A stretch of DNA of 64,000 nucleotides from Camelus dromedarius (lineage: Eukaryota), in the NCBI RefSeq assembly GCF_036321535.1, contig NC_087436.1:16864001-16928000 (forward strand). The letters run 5' to 3'. The notes under the pieces were generated by a model. That model worked only from the letters and a program-made list of their open reading frames with translations. It ran no database searches and was not told the origin of the DNA. Positions 28,310 to 40,740 of this stretch are shown piece after piece. Both the position numbers and the translations under genes were made by a program. Within the stretch, counting starts at the first letter, position 1, and each line of letters opens with the position of its first letter.

Positions 28310-31300
28310 CACCTGGACCACTTTACCACTGCAGAGGCCATTAGGTACAGAGGATAAGTTCTGAACACCTCATCACTTATTGTAAAATTATGCTGTGAAA
28401 TAGCAGTAAGAAGGTAGAATCTTTAAACTGCTGTTTAAAGCAATAATTGATGGGCTGATCCAATGGAGAGGTTTATTTGGATTTCCTAGTTACAGCAGCT
28501 AGGAAAATGCCACAGTGTTAAACAATTTGTTAGGTTTCTTGAGAGGTTCCTGACTGCCCAGTCTTGCTCTGCCTGACCAGCCTCTGTGGGTATCATGGGC
28601 AACTTCTGGATTTTGACTGGGTTTTCTCACCTACACTTTACTGTCTGGCAAAACAGTGCTCTGGAGTTTAGTCTCAGGGATCTCCAAAGACGATTTGAGT
28701 GTCCTGAAAATGTGGGACTCAGAGCCCTCACTCCTCTGAGGGACAGAAACTCTTCCAGCCCATGCTAGACCCACTCTTGCATCCTTGAGTGTCCTGTCAC
28801 CTGTGAAAATGACCCTGGACTTCCTCTGGTAGAGTTGCTTTGCCTCTGACTGAGCCTTTATAGATAAATCTAGTAAATACTTACCACAAAGTGATGGTGA
28901 CTTGTCTTTGCTTACTTTTCCCTACTAGACTATGTATTTCTCAAAGCCTGAGGCTATCGTGTTCATCTTGTTCTTAGCACATGCCTGGCACACAGTAAGC
29001 ATCCATTGTTTAGCTGCATCTAGTAACTATGAAAGAAATACCTGCTGAGGTTGAAGGCGACAAAGCAATGTATTGAACTGAAATATTAAGTGTAACAATT
29101 AGTTTGGCTCTGATGAAAATCATGCTATGTTATCATCCTACGAGTAGTGAGTATTGCTGGCCTGATAGAGTGTAGCTGTGCTAAATAACACTTTTGATTT
29201 GGAAAAAAAGTTTTAAAAAAGAAAAAAAAAGTTTGAAAAAAAGGTAAGCATTATTCTATAGGCTACCGATTCATATTGAATATATCTGTCTTAGGACATA
29301 CACCCCTCTCGAGCAGGTACTGTATTATGTATGAATTCTGCTATATAACTAGCATATTTATTATTCCTAATTAAAAAATACTTGCTATGTTTTCTCTAAT
29401 ACATATGGCAAAGGGTGATAAAAATTTTATGGACCAGAAGACATGTTTGGGTCCCTCAATATAGTTTTGAATCTCTAAGTCTGAGGAGAGCTATTCATTA
29501 TTGTGTCCTAACTCACAGGGAAGCCAAAGTCAGTCATTCTTCAAATTTAATATCCTGGAACAATATTCTAGTGTTCTAAAATGTACTTTAAACCAATGAG
29601 AATCTCTGTTGTATTTGGATGATTGCGCTTTGAAGGAGCCCCAAATTTTCTTGTGCAGTCCTTGAGATGGGTTTATAGTTTAGATAGATGAAGGCAGTAA
29701 CTGTTGAGGTCACAGAGTATCCCTTCTTTGCTAAAGGGGTAAAAGAATGCTTTTTGTCATTCCTGACTGCTTTGCAAAAGGTAAAATATTTCAGTGTTTT
29801 TAACTTGAAACTAATTTATAGCAAGTATTCAAAGAATCTATTCGATTACACACCAATGGATATGAAAATGGCTTTCCTATTTTATGGCCCTTTATTTTTA
29901 TCAGTTTGTGCTAAGATATGTCCACTGGGAAATACAGTGTATATAAGGGATGTTTCTTTCAAGCATTTCATGCATATGAATCTTTTAAACATGAGGTAGT
30001 GAAACTATGCTGGCAAAATATGCTTAAAATACACTATGCTTAAAAACAAATAAAAGCCAAGGTGGTTTGACCTGAAGGTTTACTGGGGCTTAGCAGTTCT
30101 TCAAAGTGCTACTTATTAAATGTCATAATAATTACTTGTATCATCAGTTCCATAAAGCAAATCTCTGTCAGAGCATTTTCTGAAAGTTGTTTCCCCCACC
30201 CCCTTCATTATCTGTTTGGGATATTTCTTGTTGAATATACACACTGAACATTTAACTTTGTCCACAGACAACCAAAATCGTGATGTTGATTCATTTACTT
30301 ACAGTGACTTTGGAACTAATTTTAGAATACAAAAAGCTAGATTTTATTCTTTTAACTTGCCTTTTTTAAAAGGCAATTTTCCAACTAGATTTATATCCCC
30401 CGTTTTATGCCTAAAGTAGTTTCTCTGGCATAAGTTTTAAAAATTGAAATTAATAATTCATGACCATAGTAAATTATATGTATGTCATAGTATATTTTGC
30501 AAGCTTATCTGACTTGGAATAGAAGGCTAACGCATGGAAATAAGGACAATTGAATGTTAGAAAGTTTTCTTTTTCTGGGTTTCTAATTTTTGGCTTAAAT
30601 TCCTCTGTGGGACAAAATTGTTTTGGAAATGTAGTGAAAAAATATTTAATTGCCTGATGCATTTTCTGTTGTTGTGTTTAAAAAAGATACCATTTATTTA
30701 CCACTTTACAAAAAAAGAAAACAGACTTTTAAAAGGATTCTTAAGCTTTTCATGATCTTAATTGCTCCCAATCATTTTCATCTAATTGTATGTGAGTGAA
30801 ACTGTTTTTCCACAATTAATCTGTAGAACATGAATTTTTAAAATGGCGTTTATAATTTTATAATTGTTAGTGTTTCTGAAATAATGCATAATTAAAAATA
30901 GATGGAATTTTGTGTGTGATTATAGTAACATGAGTCTCAAAATAATTTTGTTAGAGTTAATAAATTGATGCAGAGGAGAATAAGTAAAATGGCTAAATAA
31001 AATTAGTTTTTTATGTTATTCTTTTTAGTTATAATTCTTATTTTGGTATTATTTTGTTTTGTCAGAGTTGGGATTTTAAGCATCAGTGAAAATGAGAACA
31101 AATATTTTCTGAAGGGTCCATCAAAGATGTTAATCTGGTTGTTAAAAAACTTTTACTGTATTCTTGGCTCCATTAAAATTGCTTTTGTATCTCAAGATTG
31201 GCCTCAAAATGAAAAAACAAAGTTGGATAAAAAGGATAATTTATTCAGGAACAGTGAGGATCTTAACCAAAGAAAAAACTTAAATGGAGATGTATAGAGG

Positions 31301-31823
31301 TGGAAAATGTGGTTAGAATTTAAGGAATCAAAGAGGAAAATAGTTAAACAGGAATTTCAAGCATGATAAAGAAGAAGAGTATAAGAAGAGAAAACCATAA
31401 TTTTGTCTTATTTATAATGAGGGAGGGAATCCCTCTATTTTTCATGTTGGATATGAGAATCAGATGAGACTGTTTATGTAAAAGTTAACTGTAAATTGTG
31501 AAGTATTAAACTTTGATTACTAATTTTAGAATGGAGAATTAATGCTCAAATCAGTAAATACTGCATAAGTTCTAAAGTTAAAAAAGTCTCATACTAATAG
31601 ATTTGAAATATCTACAAGAATTCTGATCGTCCTCAACAGAAAACCACCTGAATGCAACATTTGGAAAATTATTTTTAAATTTAGTTCATTTTCCATGAGA
31701 GAACAGGAGCTTGGTCCCAGGAAAACTACTTGGCAATTTAGATTTTGAAATGCTCTCAATTGTTTTGTGAATTATTTGTTCTCAACTTCAAATAGAGAGT
31801 ACCTTTAAGATATTTGCGAGGAG

Positions 31824-32240
31824 TTTTTTTTTTTTTTTAATTGAAGTATAGTCAGTTACAATGTATCAATTTCTGGTGTACAGCACAATGTCCCAGTCAT
31901 ACATATACATACATATATTCATTTTTATATTCTTTTTCATTAAAGGTTATTACAAGATACTGAATATAGTTCCCTGTGCTATACAGAAGAAACTTGGGTT
32001 TTTTTTTTTACATCTATTTTTATATATAGTGGCCAACATTTGCAAATCTCAAACTCCCAAATTTATCCCTTCCCACCCTCTTTCCCCTGGTAACCATAAG
32101 ATTGTTTACTATGTCTGCAAGTCTATTTCTGTTTTGTAGATGAATTCATTAGTGTCCTTTTTCTTTCTTTATTTTTTAGGTTACACAATGAATAATAGAT
32201 GGTATTTTTCTTTCTCTTTCTGGCTTACTTCACTTAGTAT
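31824..32240 (-). mobile_element. Short L1 3'UTR insertion
   Basis: Poly(T) then ttaattgaagtatagtcagttacaatg; TSD gaggag(a)tttt at 31818 and 32241. Confidence 0.92.
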
Positions 32241-32351
32241 GAGGAGATTTTTAACCTTTTAGGACTATAATTCAAATTTGATTTGACACCATAACAATAA
32301 TATGTCACTTGTGTGGAGATAATAATAGAAGATACATAAAATATTTAAATT

Positions 32352-32792
32352 ATTTTTTATTGAAATATAATTTACAGTAGTGAAATGCTCATATCTCAAA
32401 TGTACCATTCATCCAGTTTTGAGAAACAGATATCAAGACACAGCATTACTATCAGTTCAGGAATTTCCTGTCTACCACTTCCCAGTCAATCTACCCCTTC
32501 CCTGCTCTCCACCTCTAGAAGTAAGCACTGATCTGATTTCTATCATCATAGTTTAGTTTTGGCAATTTAGGAATTTCATATAAGTGAAATCATATATTAT
32601 GTATGTGTTCTTGTCTTACTTGTTTCATTTAGCAAAATGTTTTTGAGATTTATCCATGTTGTTGCGTATATCAGTAGTGTATTCTTTTTACTGCTGAGTA
32701 GTAGTCAATTGTTTGACAGTACCACAGGGTATCTATCTGTTCTCCTGCTAATCTGAATTGTTTCCAGTTTTTAATTGTTATAAATAAAGCTG
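32352..32792 (-). mobile_element. Old L1MB/ME 3' end
   Basis: tttattgaaatataatttaca...ttttgagatttatccatgttgttgcgtatatcagtag. Confidence 0.8.
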
Positions 32793-32869
32793 AGAGATAG
32801 ATATATTTCTCTCTCTTTCTCTGTATGTAATTTTTAAAAAATGAGTCTCTCTCCCACTCCTATGCCTCA

Positions 32870-33230
32870 TACATGAAGAGATTTATTTTAAGGAATTAGT
32901 TTATGCAATTGTAGAGGCTAGCAAGTCCAAAATCTGTAGTGTAGGCTGGCAGGTTGGAGACCCAGGGAAGAGTTGGTGTTACATTTCAAGTCTGAAGACA
33001 GTTTGCTGGCAGAATTCTCTCTTCTTCAGGGGAGATTAGTCTTTTTCTTAAGAACTTCAACTGATTGGATAAGGCTTACCCACATTATAGATAGAGGGCA
33101 GTCTGCTTTACTCAAAGTAGATTTAAATGTTAATATCTTCTAAAAATACCTTTTTCAGTAACATCCAGGTATGTTTGACTAAATATATGGGCAGTGTGTC
33201 CTAGACAAGTCAACACATTAAAATCAACAG
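32870..33230 (-). mobile_element. ERVL LTR (MLT2-like)
   Basis: gagatttattttaaggaattag...gcaagtccaaaatctgtag...ctagacaagtcaacacattaaaatcaac. Confidence 0.82.
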
Positions 33231-35266
33231 GTGGGCACCATGGCATAGGCAAATGAGGGGAGATGGACTTCAACACTTTTCTAGCTTAAGGCAAGTACAG
33301 CACTTTAACTAGGGGCAAAATTCATACATGGACATAGTAGTTAGTAAAACCTCTAAGATAAATTAAGAAATGAACCTAATTTTGTCCTCACTTATTCTTA
33401 AAGTTTCTGCTGAAGTGATGCATATTATGTTTCTCAAAAGAACCAAATTTTGTTGAACTTGATCTTTTGATGTGTAGGAGTAAGAAGACAGAGCATCTGT
33501 GAAATATTTTATTAGTACAATCAATTTTCATTTATTAGTAATAAAGGAAATGGAGTCCACATGGCTACTGAGCTTCATAGATATTTAACACATTGATATT
33601 CAGAATTTTCATCACCCACTCAGAACTTAAGACTTTCACTTGTGGTTATAACAAGTAGAAACATTGGTTTATGTTTTATCTTTGCTTCCTTTCTGGTGAT
33701 ACTGAAAAGGACAGGTAGAAACTCACTAATCCTTAAAACTAATAATTGTAAATGTTGATCATAAGAAATAGAAAGTCCTTGTCATTAGCTTATTTCACTA
33801 GTCTTGTTTGTTATATTTATGTATGATACTTGCTGTAGCTTTATAGACTTGGGCTTTGTGAATCACTCTGTATTTACATAAATTTTTAATTTAATTTTCT
33901 ACAATACTCTGCCTGCAATTTAGTTTTAAGTTTTCACTAATTATATATGGTATGGACCTTGTGAGGTGACACACAAGCTCGATACTAGCTATGACTAGGA
34001 GAGTAGGAAAGAGTAGAGTGAAACATTTGAAATAAACATACAACATAAGCAAGGCTGAAATGCTGTTCTGATTGTCTTGTTTTCTGTCACCAGAATCTTT
34101 TTTCTTCTATTGAATGCGTTGCTTTAATCAGTTTTTAGTAAAGATGATATATTGATGAACTTCAGTCTTCTGACAAGCCAATCATCAGAGACAGATGGAA
34201 AAAACTAAAAATTACAATCTTTCTTAGGGGATTAGATTCTTGTTTTTATTTTCTAAAAAGACTAGCGCATTCCAGAATTTGAAAAATAATTCTAGCTCAT
34301 GCATAACCTGTGAATAAATAAAATACTGAAGATTTGTGACAAAATACTTTGTAGATAGTTTTTGTTTTCTAAAGCTTAATCATCCTTTCATATTACAGAA
34401 AAATATGTTTTCATTATAGAACTTCTGGAAAGTCAGATATTCAGGTCACATTCCTTATAACTGGAAGGAAGAGGCATGTGCATATTTCCTTTAGTGATGG
34501 AACATATATCTGAAGGCATTGTGGAAAATCATCCCCTTAGCCCCATGGTTATTCTAGGTTCCATATTTCCAGACACTGGGACTATCAACCTGTTTCAAAG
34601 AGAAGTAGAGAAGTTGCTTAATCTCTCAGCTAATAACCTGCTTCTGTTCATTCACTTAACATTAAACTGTTAAAGACTTGATTGTGTAAGATTGTTTCCA
34701 TGTAAAATTATAGAGACCAAAGTAGGCAGAGTTTGAGCCAAACATGTTCAGTGTACTTACCCTCTTTTGTCCAACTTACGTGTTTGTTTCAGGCTCAAGG
34801 ACTACTTCCTAATGCAGTCCTTCTAGAGCTCAGGCAGCAAGTCTGGTGGTTTCATTAATAAACTATGGGTTAGGTCCTGGGGCAGCCTGTATGAGGAAAA
34901 TACAATTAGGATAGTTTTCCTCAAAGGGTGGCTGGATGTGAGTCAAATACTAGGAATTTATGAACCCCACACTCAATAACAAAAGAAAAGAGGAGAATAC
35001 AGACAAAAATCTGGTCAAATCAAGCCAGAAGCTATCACTTTAAGCATTTTGGCACATTTTTGCTTAGTCCTTTTGTTTACGGATTTTCTGTTCATAATGA
35101 AAAGCAATAAAGTATATATATATGTAATATTTTCAGTTTTCTGTATAATGTAAACAACTTCACAGGCAAAATTTTTGTTATCAAAAACAATCCAAGTTTG
35201 TATATTCTATAATTTACTTAACTAATCTCCATTACTGGACGTTTATGTTATTTCCATTTTTATTAT

Positions 35267-35791
35267 TGTGTTGGGGGTCCCAAAATCACCCCCAATTAAA
35301 ATGATCTTCTAGGAGGACTCATGGGACTCAGCATATAGTCATATCCACAGCTAAGTTTCATTGTAGTGAGTGAAGTCCAGAGGAAACCAGGAGCAAGCAA
35401 GCTTCCAAGAGTCCTATTCCTGTGGACTCACATGAATGCACTTAATTCCACCAGCAATGAGACATGACAGGTGTGAAGGGTTGGACACCAGGGAAACTCA
35501 TTAGAGACTCAGCACGCAGGGTTCTTACTGGAACATGGTTACATAGGCACCCTCTGCCCAGCATGTACCAACATTCCAGATTTCCAAAAGGAAAGCAGAC
35601 ATTCTGCATAAACCATATTGTTTGCACAGTTTAGACACAGTGAGATATCCTTATCTTTTAGGCAAAGTTTTACGTCAAGGTAGGGAACTGTTTACCTTCC
35701 AAGTACTCAGATGCCAACTGAGGGTCAACCTTGCAAGCATGTTTTTCTAAGAATAGCACTCTCAAGTTTGCTATGCTAACTCTTCTGCACA
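35267..35791 (-). mobile_element. MER21-like solo LTR
   Basis: TG...CA ends, 5-bp TSD attat (35262 and 35792), ctaggaggactcatgggactcagcatatagtc hallmark. Confidence 0.85.
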
Positions 35792-38494
35792 ATTATTATA
35801 AATAATGCTATAATACACATGTTTATTAATCTTTTGGCATATTTCAGATTATTTCCTTATGAAAGATTTCTAGAAATTGATATTACATCAAAAATACTAG
35901 CTTTAAAAGAATTCTCTTACTGATAAACTACTTTCCCAGAAGTCTTTTCAAATTTTCATTTCCACCAAGCATGTATGAGTGTGGCCACCAAAATCTTGAC
36001 TGAAATAAGTAACCATATGGTCCAAACATCAATACATAAGAAATCTGGAAAAATTAATTTAAAAAATTTTTGAGTTATGTGAGTCGAACAAAAGACTAGT
36101 TAACCATTGCTTCCATTTGCAGAGGAGCGGGGACACTAAGAACACTCCCATTACATTATCATCCATTATGCACTTTTATCCTGCACCTCTGTCTTTTTTT
36201 TTTTTTTTTTTTTGCCTAGAAACCTGTGACATCACTGTCGTCTGTAAAACACACATCATCTAGTTCATTTTAACATTAATTCCTTTTAAACTATTAGCAC
36301 ATATTCTGTACCAGGCATTATGGTTGTATGGAAGATAAAACAGTGCACTGGGCACAGTTCCTGCCCTCCTGGCATTTGCAGTGTGATGCCAGCATGAGCT
36401 GTACTTGTCAGAGTGCTTTTTGGCAAAGATGAAAGGTGAGCTGCCATCAACAGGTGCTTTCAGATCACCTATTCAGATAGCTGCCCCTGCTTTGTAGAAG
36501 TAAATCTGACAGACCTGGTACCTGGGCCCCTGCTTTAGTAAATCAAGAGTCTTTCATTCCTAAGCCTGAGACCAAAGTTTTCCAAAGCTACTAGGACACA
36601 GCGGATTGTCTCTTACTTGTGGGAGGAGAATAAGAGTTTTGACTATAAAGATGTCATCGTTCCCCCACCTCATGTCATGCTGCTCCCAAAATATATTGTG
36701 ATCATTGAGGGCAAATTTGAAGGAAAGATTTATTTTTGTTGCATGTTTATTAAAAGAAGTTTTAAAACAAATTGTATTTTCTCTTTTATAAGTACAAAAT
36801 GTCCTTGCTAGGAAAAAAGAAGTAAAATTTAGTCTGAATCTAATGCCTACCAAAAGGTAAACCATCTCTAAAATTCTATGATGCTCTCTCTGGACTTTGC
36901 TTTTGTTCATAGTTTTTTACATAATTTTTGCTTATTTTTACCTCAAATTTTAGGCCTTATTTTGAATGCTTTTTTTCCCTAAAATTGCCATTAGTTATAA
37001 CAAATTGTAGAAAATTTGAAAAATACAGAACATTATCACAAAAAACAACAATCCTTTAGTATTCCACCACCCAGAGATACTACTGTTAAATACTGGTATA
37101 TTTCCTATAATCTGTTTTCCAGGTATATTTTCCCCCATAATTAAACAATGGAGCACTGTAAGAACACTGAGTGTTTTCCTGTGATATAAAGAGGAACTTT
37201 GTGAGGGGCAATGTCATGACTCAGGTGATTCAATTTGAACTTTTAAAAGGAGAGAAATCATTATTTAAGTTCTGTAAAGCTGAAAATAGCCATTGTATTG
37301 TTCTTTGTTATTTCTTGTTAACTAGGTCTCTGGGTACATGTTCCAAACGTTTAGCCATTGTAAGTGCATAAGAGAACAACATTGGTTATTGGTTAGAGAG
37401 CAAGATTCCATTTGAAAGAAAGAACATTTCATTTGAACTGTGAGTTCAAGTTTATATCCTAGGAAACAAATTGTTTGGTTCCTGGGAAAGTAGAATAAAC
37501 AGAAAAGAATCTATGAGGCAAAGCCTGGCAGGATCAAGCTTTACGTCAGAGCTACAACATCCAGGTACTCCAAGTGATCTACTGGAACTGAACATACTGG
37601 CTATGGGAAGAACTACTGGTACTCTTATACCATGATTTCTAAATTCTTTTATCCTTGACTTGGATTCATGTCTTGGTCTTCAGATAAGTGTGTGTATGTT
37701 TCTTTACTTAAACAAAAATGCGTATGTTTCTATGCAGATTTTTAGGACATTGGTATATTTGAGAATGACTTTTTTTTCCTATCCTTTATACATTGAGAAA
37801 ATTTGGTTATAAAATTTCTGTTTCACAACTTTTCTTTTTTCCTGGAAACTCTGTTGGTAGTATTCTATGATGTATAGGTTCTTTTGCTGTTTCACAGAAG
37901 AAATTTGGCAAACAACCTATGTTTTGCACATTTGATATTTTTTTCTTTCTAAATATATATCAACTTTTCTTTATTCTTACAATTTAAATTTTCTTTATTC
38001 CTTTAATTTTGCAGGATGTACTTGCGTACAGATCCCTTTTAATTAACTTTCTCTGAAATGCAATGAGCCCCAATACTCAGAAGAGTCAAATCTTTTTTTC
38101 AGCTCAGGAAATTATTATTCAGTAGTGTGTTTTTTTTTTTTTTTTTATCATTTCTGATTGTTCTGTTTTCATCTTCAGTAAAGTGTATGACTCCTTCTAT
38201 GGCTATTTATTTTTTGTCCTCTTTAATCTATAATCTTCTGTCTCATAATTGTCATCTTTGGATACTTTTCTTCCTATTCTAGGAATCCTTGCCAAACCCA
38301 GTCATTTGATATTCTGTGCTGTCTTTTACACCCCCACTAACTCTGAAGTGCATTTTAATTCTGCCATTACTTGTTTCATTTTTTTTATATTACTTGTGTT
38401 TGTAAAAACACTTATTCCATTTTCATTTACCTTACAACTATTGCAATTTTTTAAGGTCTAAAGTTTATTTTTTGTTATTGCTTTTGACCTCTTG

Positions 38495-39928
38495 TTTAAT
38501 TGAGGTATAGTTGATTTGCAATATTATAGTAGTTTCAGGTATACAACATAGTGGTTCAATATTTTTATAGATTATACTACATTTAAAGTTACTGTAAAAT
38601 ATTGGCTGTATTCTCTGTGCTGTACAATATATCCTTGTAGCCTATTTATTATATATATAATAGTTGTGCCTCTTAATCCCCTACCCCTATCCTGCCCTCC
38701 TTTTCCCTCTTCCCACTGGTAACCACAAGTTTGATCTCTATGTCTGTGAATCTGTTTCTGTTTTGTTATATTCATTCATTTAAAAAAAAGTTAGTTTCCA
38801 CATATAAGAAATAATGTACAGTATTTGTATTTCTTGATCTGACGTATTTCATTAAGCATAATACCCTCTAGGTCCATCCACATTGTTGCAAATGGCAGCA
38901 TTTCATTCTTCAATATGGCTGAGTAGTATTCTGTATATATGTGGAATATATATATCCATTCATCTATTGTTGGACACTTAGGTTGCTTCTATATCTTGGC
39001 TATTGTAAATAATGCTACTATGAACTCTGAAGTGCATGTATCTTTCCAAATTAGTGTTTTCTTTTTCTTCAGATATATTTTCTCACACAATATACAAAAA
39101 TAAACTCAAAATGTACTAAAGATCTAAATATAAGACTAGAAGCCATAAAACTCCTAGAAGAAAACATAGGCAGACCACTCTTTGATATAAATTTTCAAAA
39201 CACTTTTTTGGACCTGTCTTTTAAGGTAAAGGAAACTAAAGCAAAATAAACAAATGGGACCTAATTAAACTTAAAAAAACTTTTGCACAGCAAAGGAAAC
39301 CATGGACAAATGGAAAAGCCAACCAAGTGGGAGAAAACATTTTGCAAATTATATGACTGATAACGGGTTAATATACAAAATATATAAACAACTCATACAA
39401 CTCAATACCAAAAAAACTGAACAACCAGATTAAAAAATGGGCAGAGGATCTGCATAAACATTTTTCCAAAGAAGATATACAGATGGCTAGCAGGCCTGTG
39501 AATAGATATTCAACATTGCCAATCAACAGAGACACATGCAAATCAAAATCACAATGAAATCAATGAGATATAACCTCACACCTGTTAGAACAGCTGCCAT
39601 CAAAAAGTCTACAAATAAAGAGTGTTGGTGAGGATGTTGAGAAAAGGGAACTCTGTATACTGTTGATGAGAGTGTAAATTGGTGCAGCCACTATGGAAAC
39701 AGTATGAAAGTTCTTCAGAAAACTAAAAATATAACTACCATATGACCCAGCAGTTCTACTCCTTGGTGTTATATCCCAAGAAAATGAAAATGCTATTTTT
39801 TTTTAATTGAAGTACAGTCAATTACAATGTGTCTATTTCTAGGATATAGCACAATGTCCCAGTCATGCATATACATACATATATTCATTGAAAACCTAAT
39901 TTGAGAAAATACTTGCACTCCCATGTTT
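38495..39928 (-). mobile_element. L1 with 5' inversion (antisense 38495-39078, sense 39080-39928)
   Basis: Antisense 3'UTR abuts a sense ORF2 3' segment. Degraded TSD ttttgacctcttgttt / ttttggcctgtatttt. Confidence 0.85.
39796..39889 (-). mobile_element. ~95-bp L1 3' tip nested in the inverted L1
   Basis: Homologous to 31824-31925; TSD-like gaaaatgcta / gaaaaccta. Confidence 0.85.
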
Positions 39929-40039
39929 TGGCCTGTATTTTGAAGAGTTGGCTTTTTACAATATATTGAGAATGCCAACACTTTTCTAAAATTTTCTTCT
40001 GCTTCAAGTAGAATATTTTACTAGATTTTCAGAATTGTA

Positions 40040-40522
40040 GACTGCATGAGTTTCCCATGGCTCCTCTTACAATTTGCCAAAATTTACTCCCTTAAACCAA
40101 TACAAATTTATTATCTTATGGTTATAGAGACAAGAAATCCAAAATTAATTCCACTAGACTAAGTCAGGATGTTCACAGAACTAATTCCTTCTTGGGATTC
40201 TAGGGAAGTATCTGTTTCTTTGCCTTTTCTGGCTTCCAAAGTCTGCTTGCATTTCTTGGCTCATGACCTCTTCCTCCAATCATTCTAGTCTCTTGCTTCT
40301 CTCATCACATTTCTTTCTCTTCTTTCAGTCAAATCTCCCTCTGTTTCCCTCTTGTAAGGGCACTTGCATGTGGGGTTCACTGAGATAATCCAGGATAATC
40401 TTCCCCTCTGGGGATTCTTAATTTAATCACACCTGCAAAGTCCCTCTTGTCATATGAACTAACATGTACAGGTTCTGGAGATTAGGACATGCTATCTTTG
40501 GGGCCATTGTTAAGTCTACTGC
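40040..40522 (-). mobile_element. MaLR solo LTR (MLT1D-like)
   Basis: gataatccaggataatcttccc...taatcacacctgcaaagtccc...ggagattaggacatg. Confidence 0.85.
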
Positions 40523-40544
40523 AGGGACCTTTCCTCTTTGTGTC

Positions 40545-40740
40545 ACAGTCATGTGGGCTTCAAATTCAGAATGACTACTGACCAGTTGTCCAAACTTAGA
40601 AAAGTGACTTAATTTGTCTTCTCCTCTGTTAAACTGGGATAAACTCAGCACCCACCTCACAGGGTTATTTTGCAGAATAGATCAGGTAATGTATATTAAG
40701 TATTTAGCAATCTAGGTCCTAACTGAATGTTAACTAGCAT
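40545..40740 (+). mobile_element. MIR fragment
   Basis: ctcctctgttaaactgggataa...cccacctcacagggttatt. Confidence 0.6.

Noticed and set aside
29107..29170. C/D-box snoRNA or hammerhead-like motif (CTGATGA...CTGA)
   Set aside because: Box C lacks the leading purine, the spacing is short, the terminal stem geometry is non-canonical, and there is no stem II-GAAA hammerhead core.
29992..30012. let-7-like TGAGGTAGT
   Set aside because: Only 9 nt match and no precursor hairpin.
34793..34860. Possible exon AQGLLPNAVLLELRQQVWWFH after tttgtttcag
   Set aside because: Stops after 21 codons, has no good donor and no recognisable protein.
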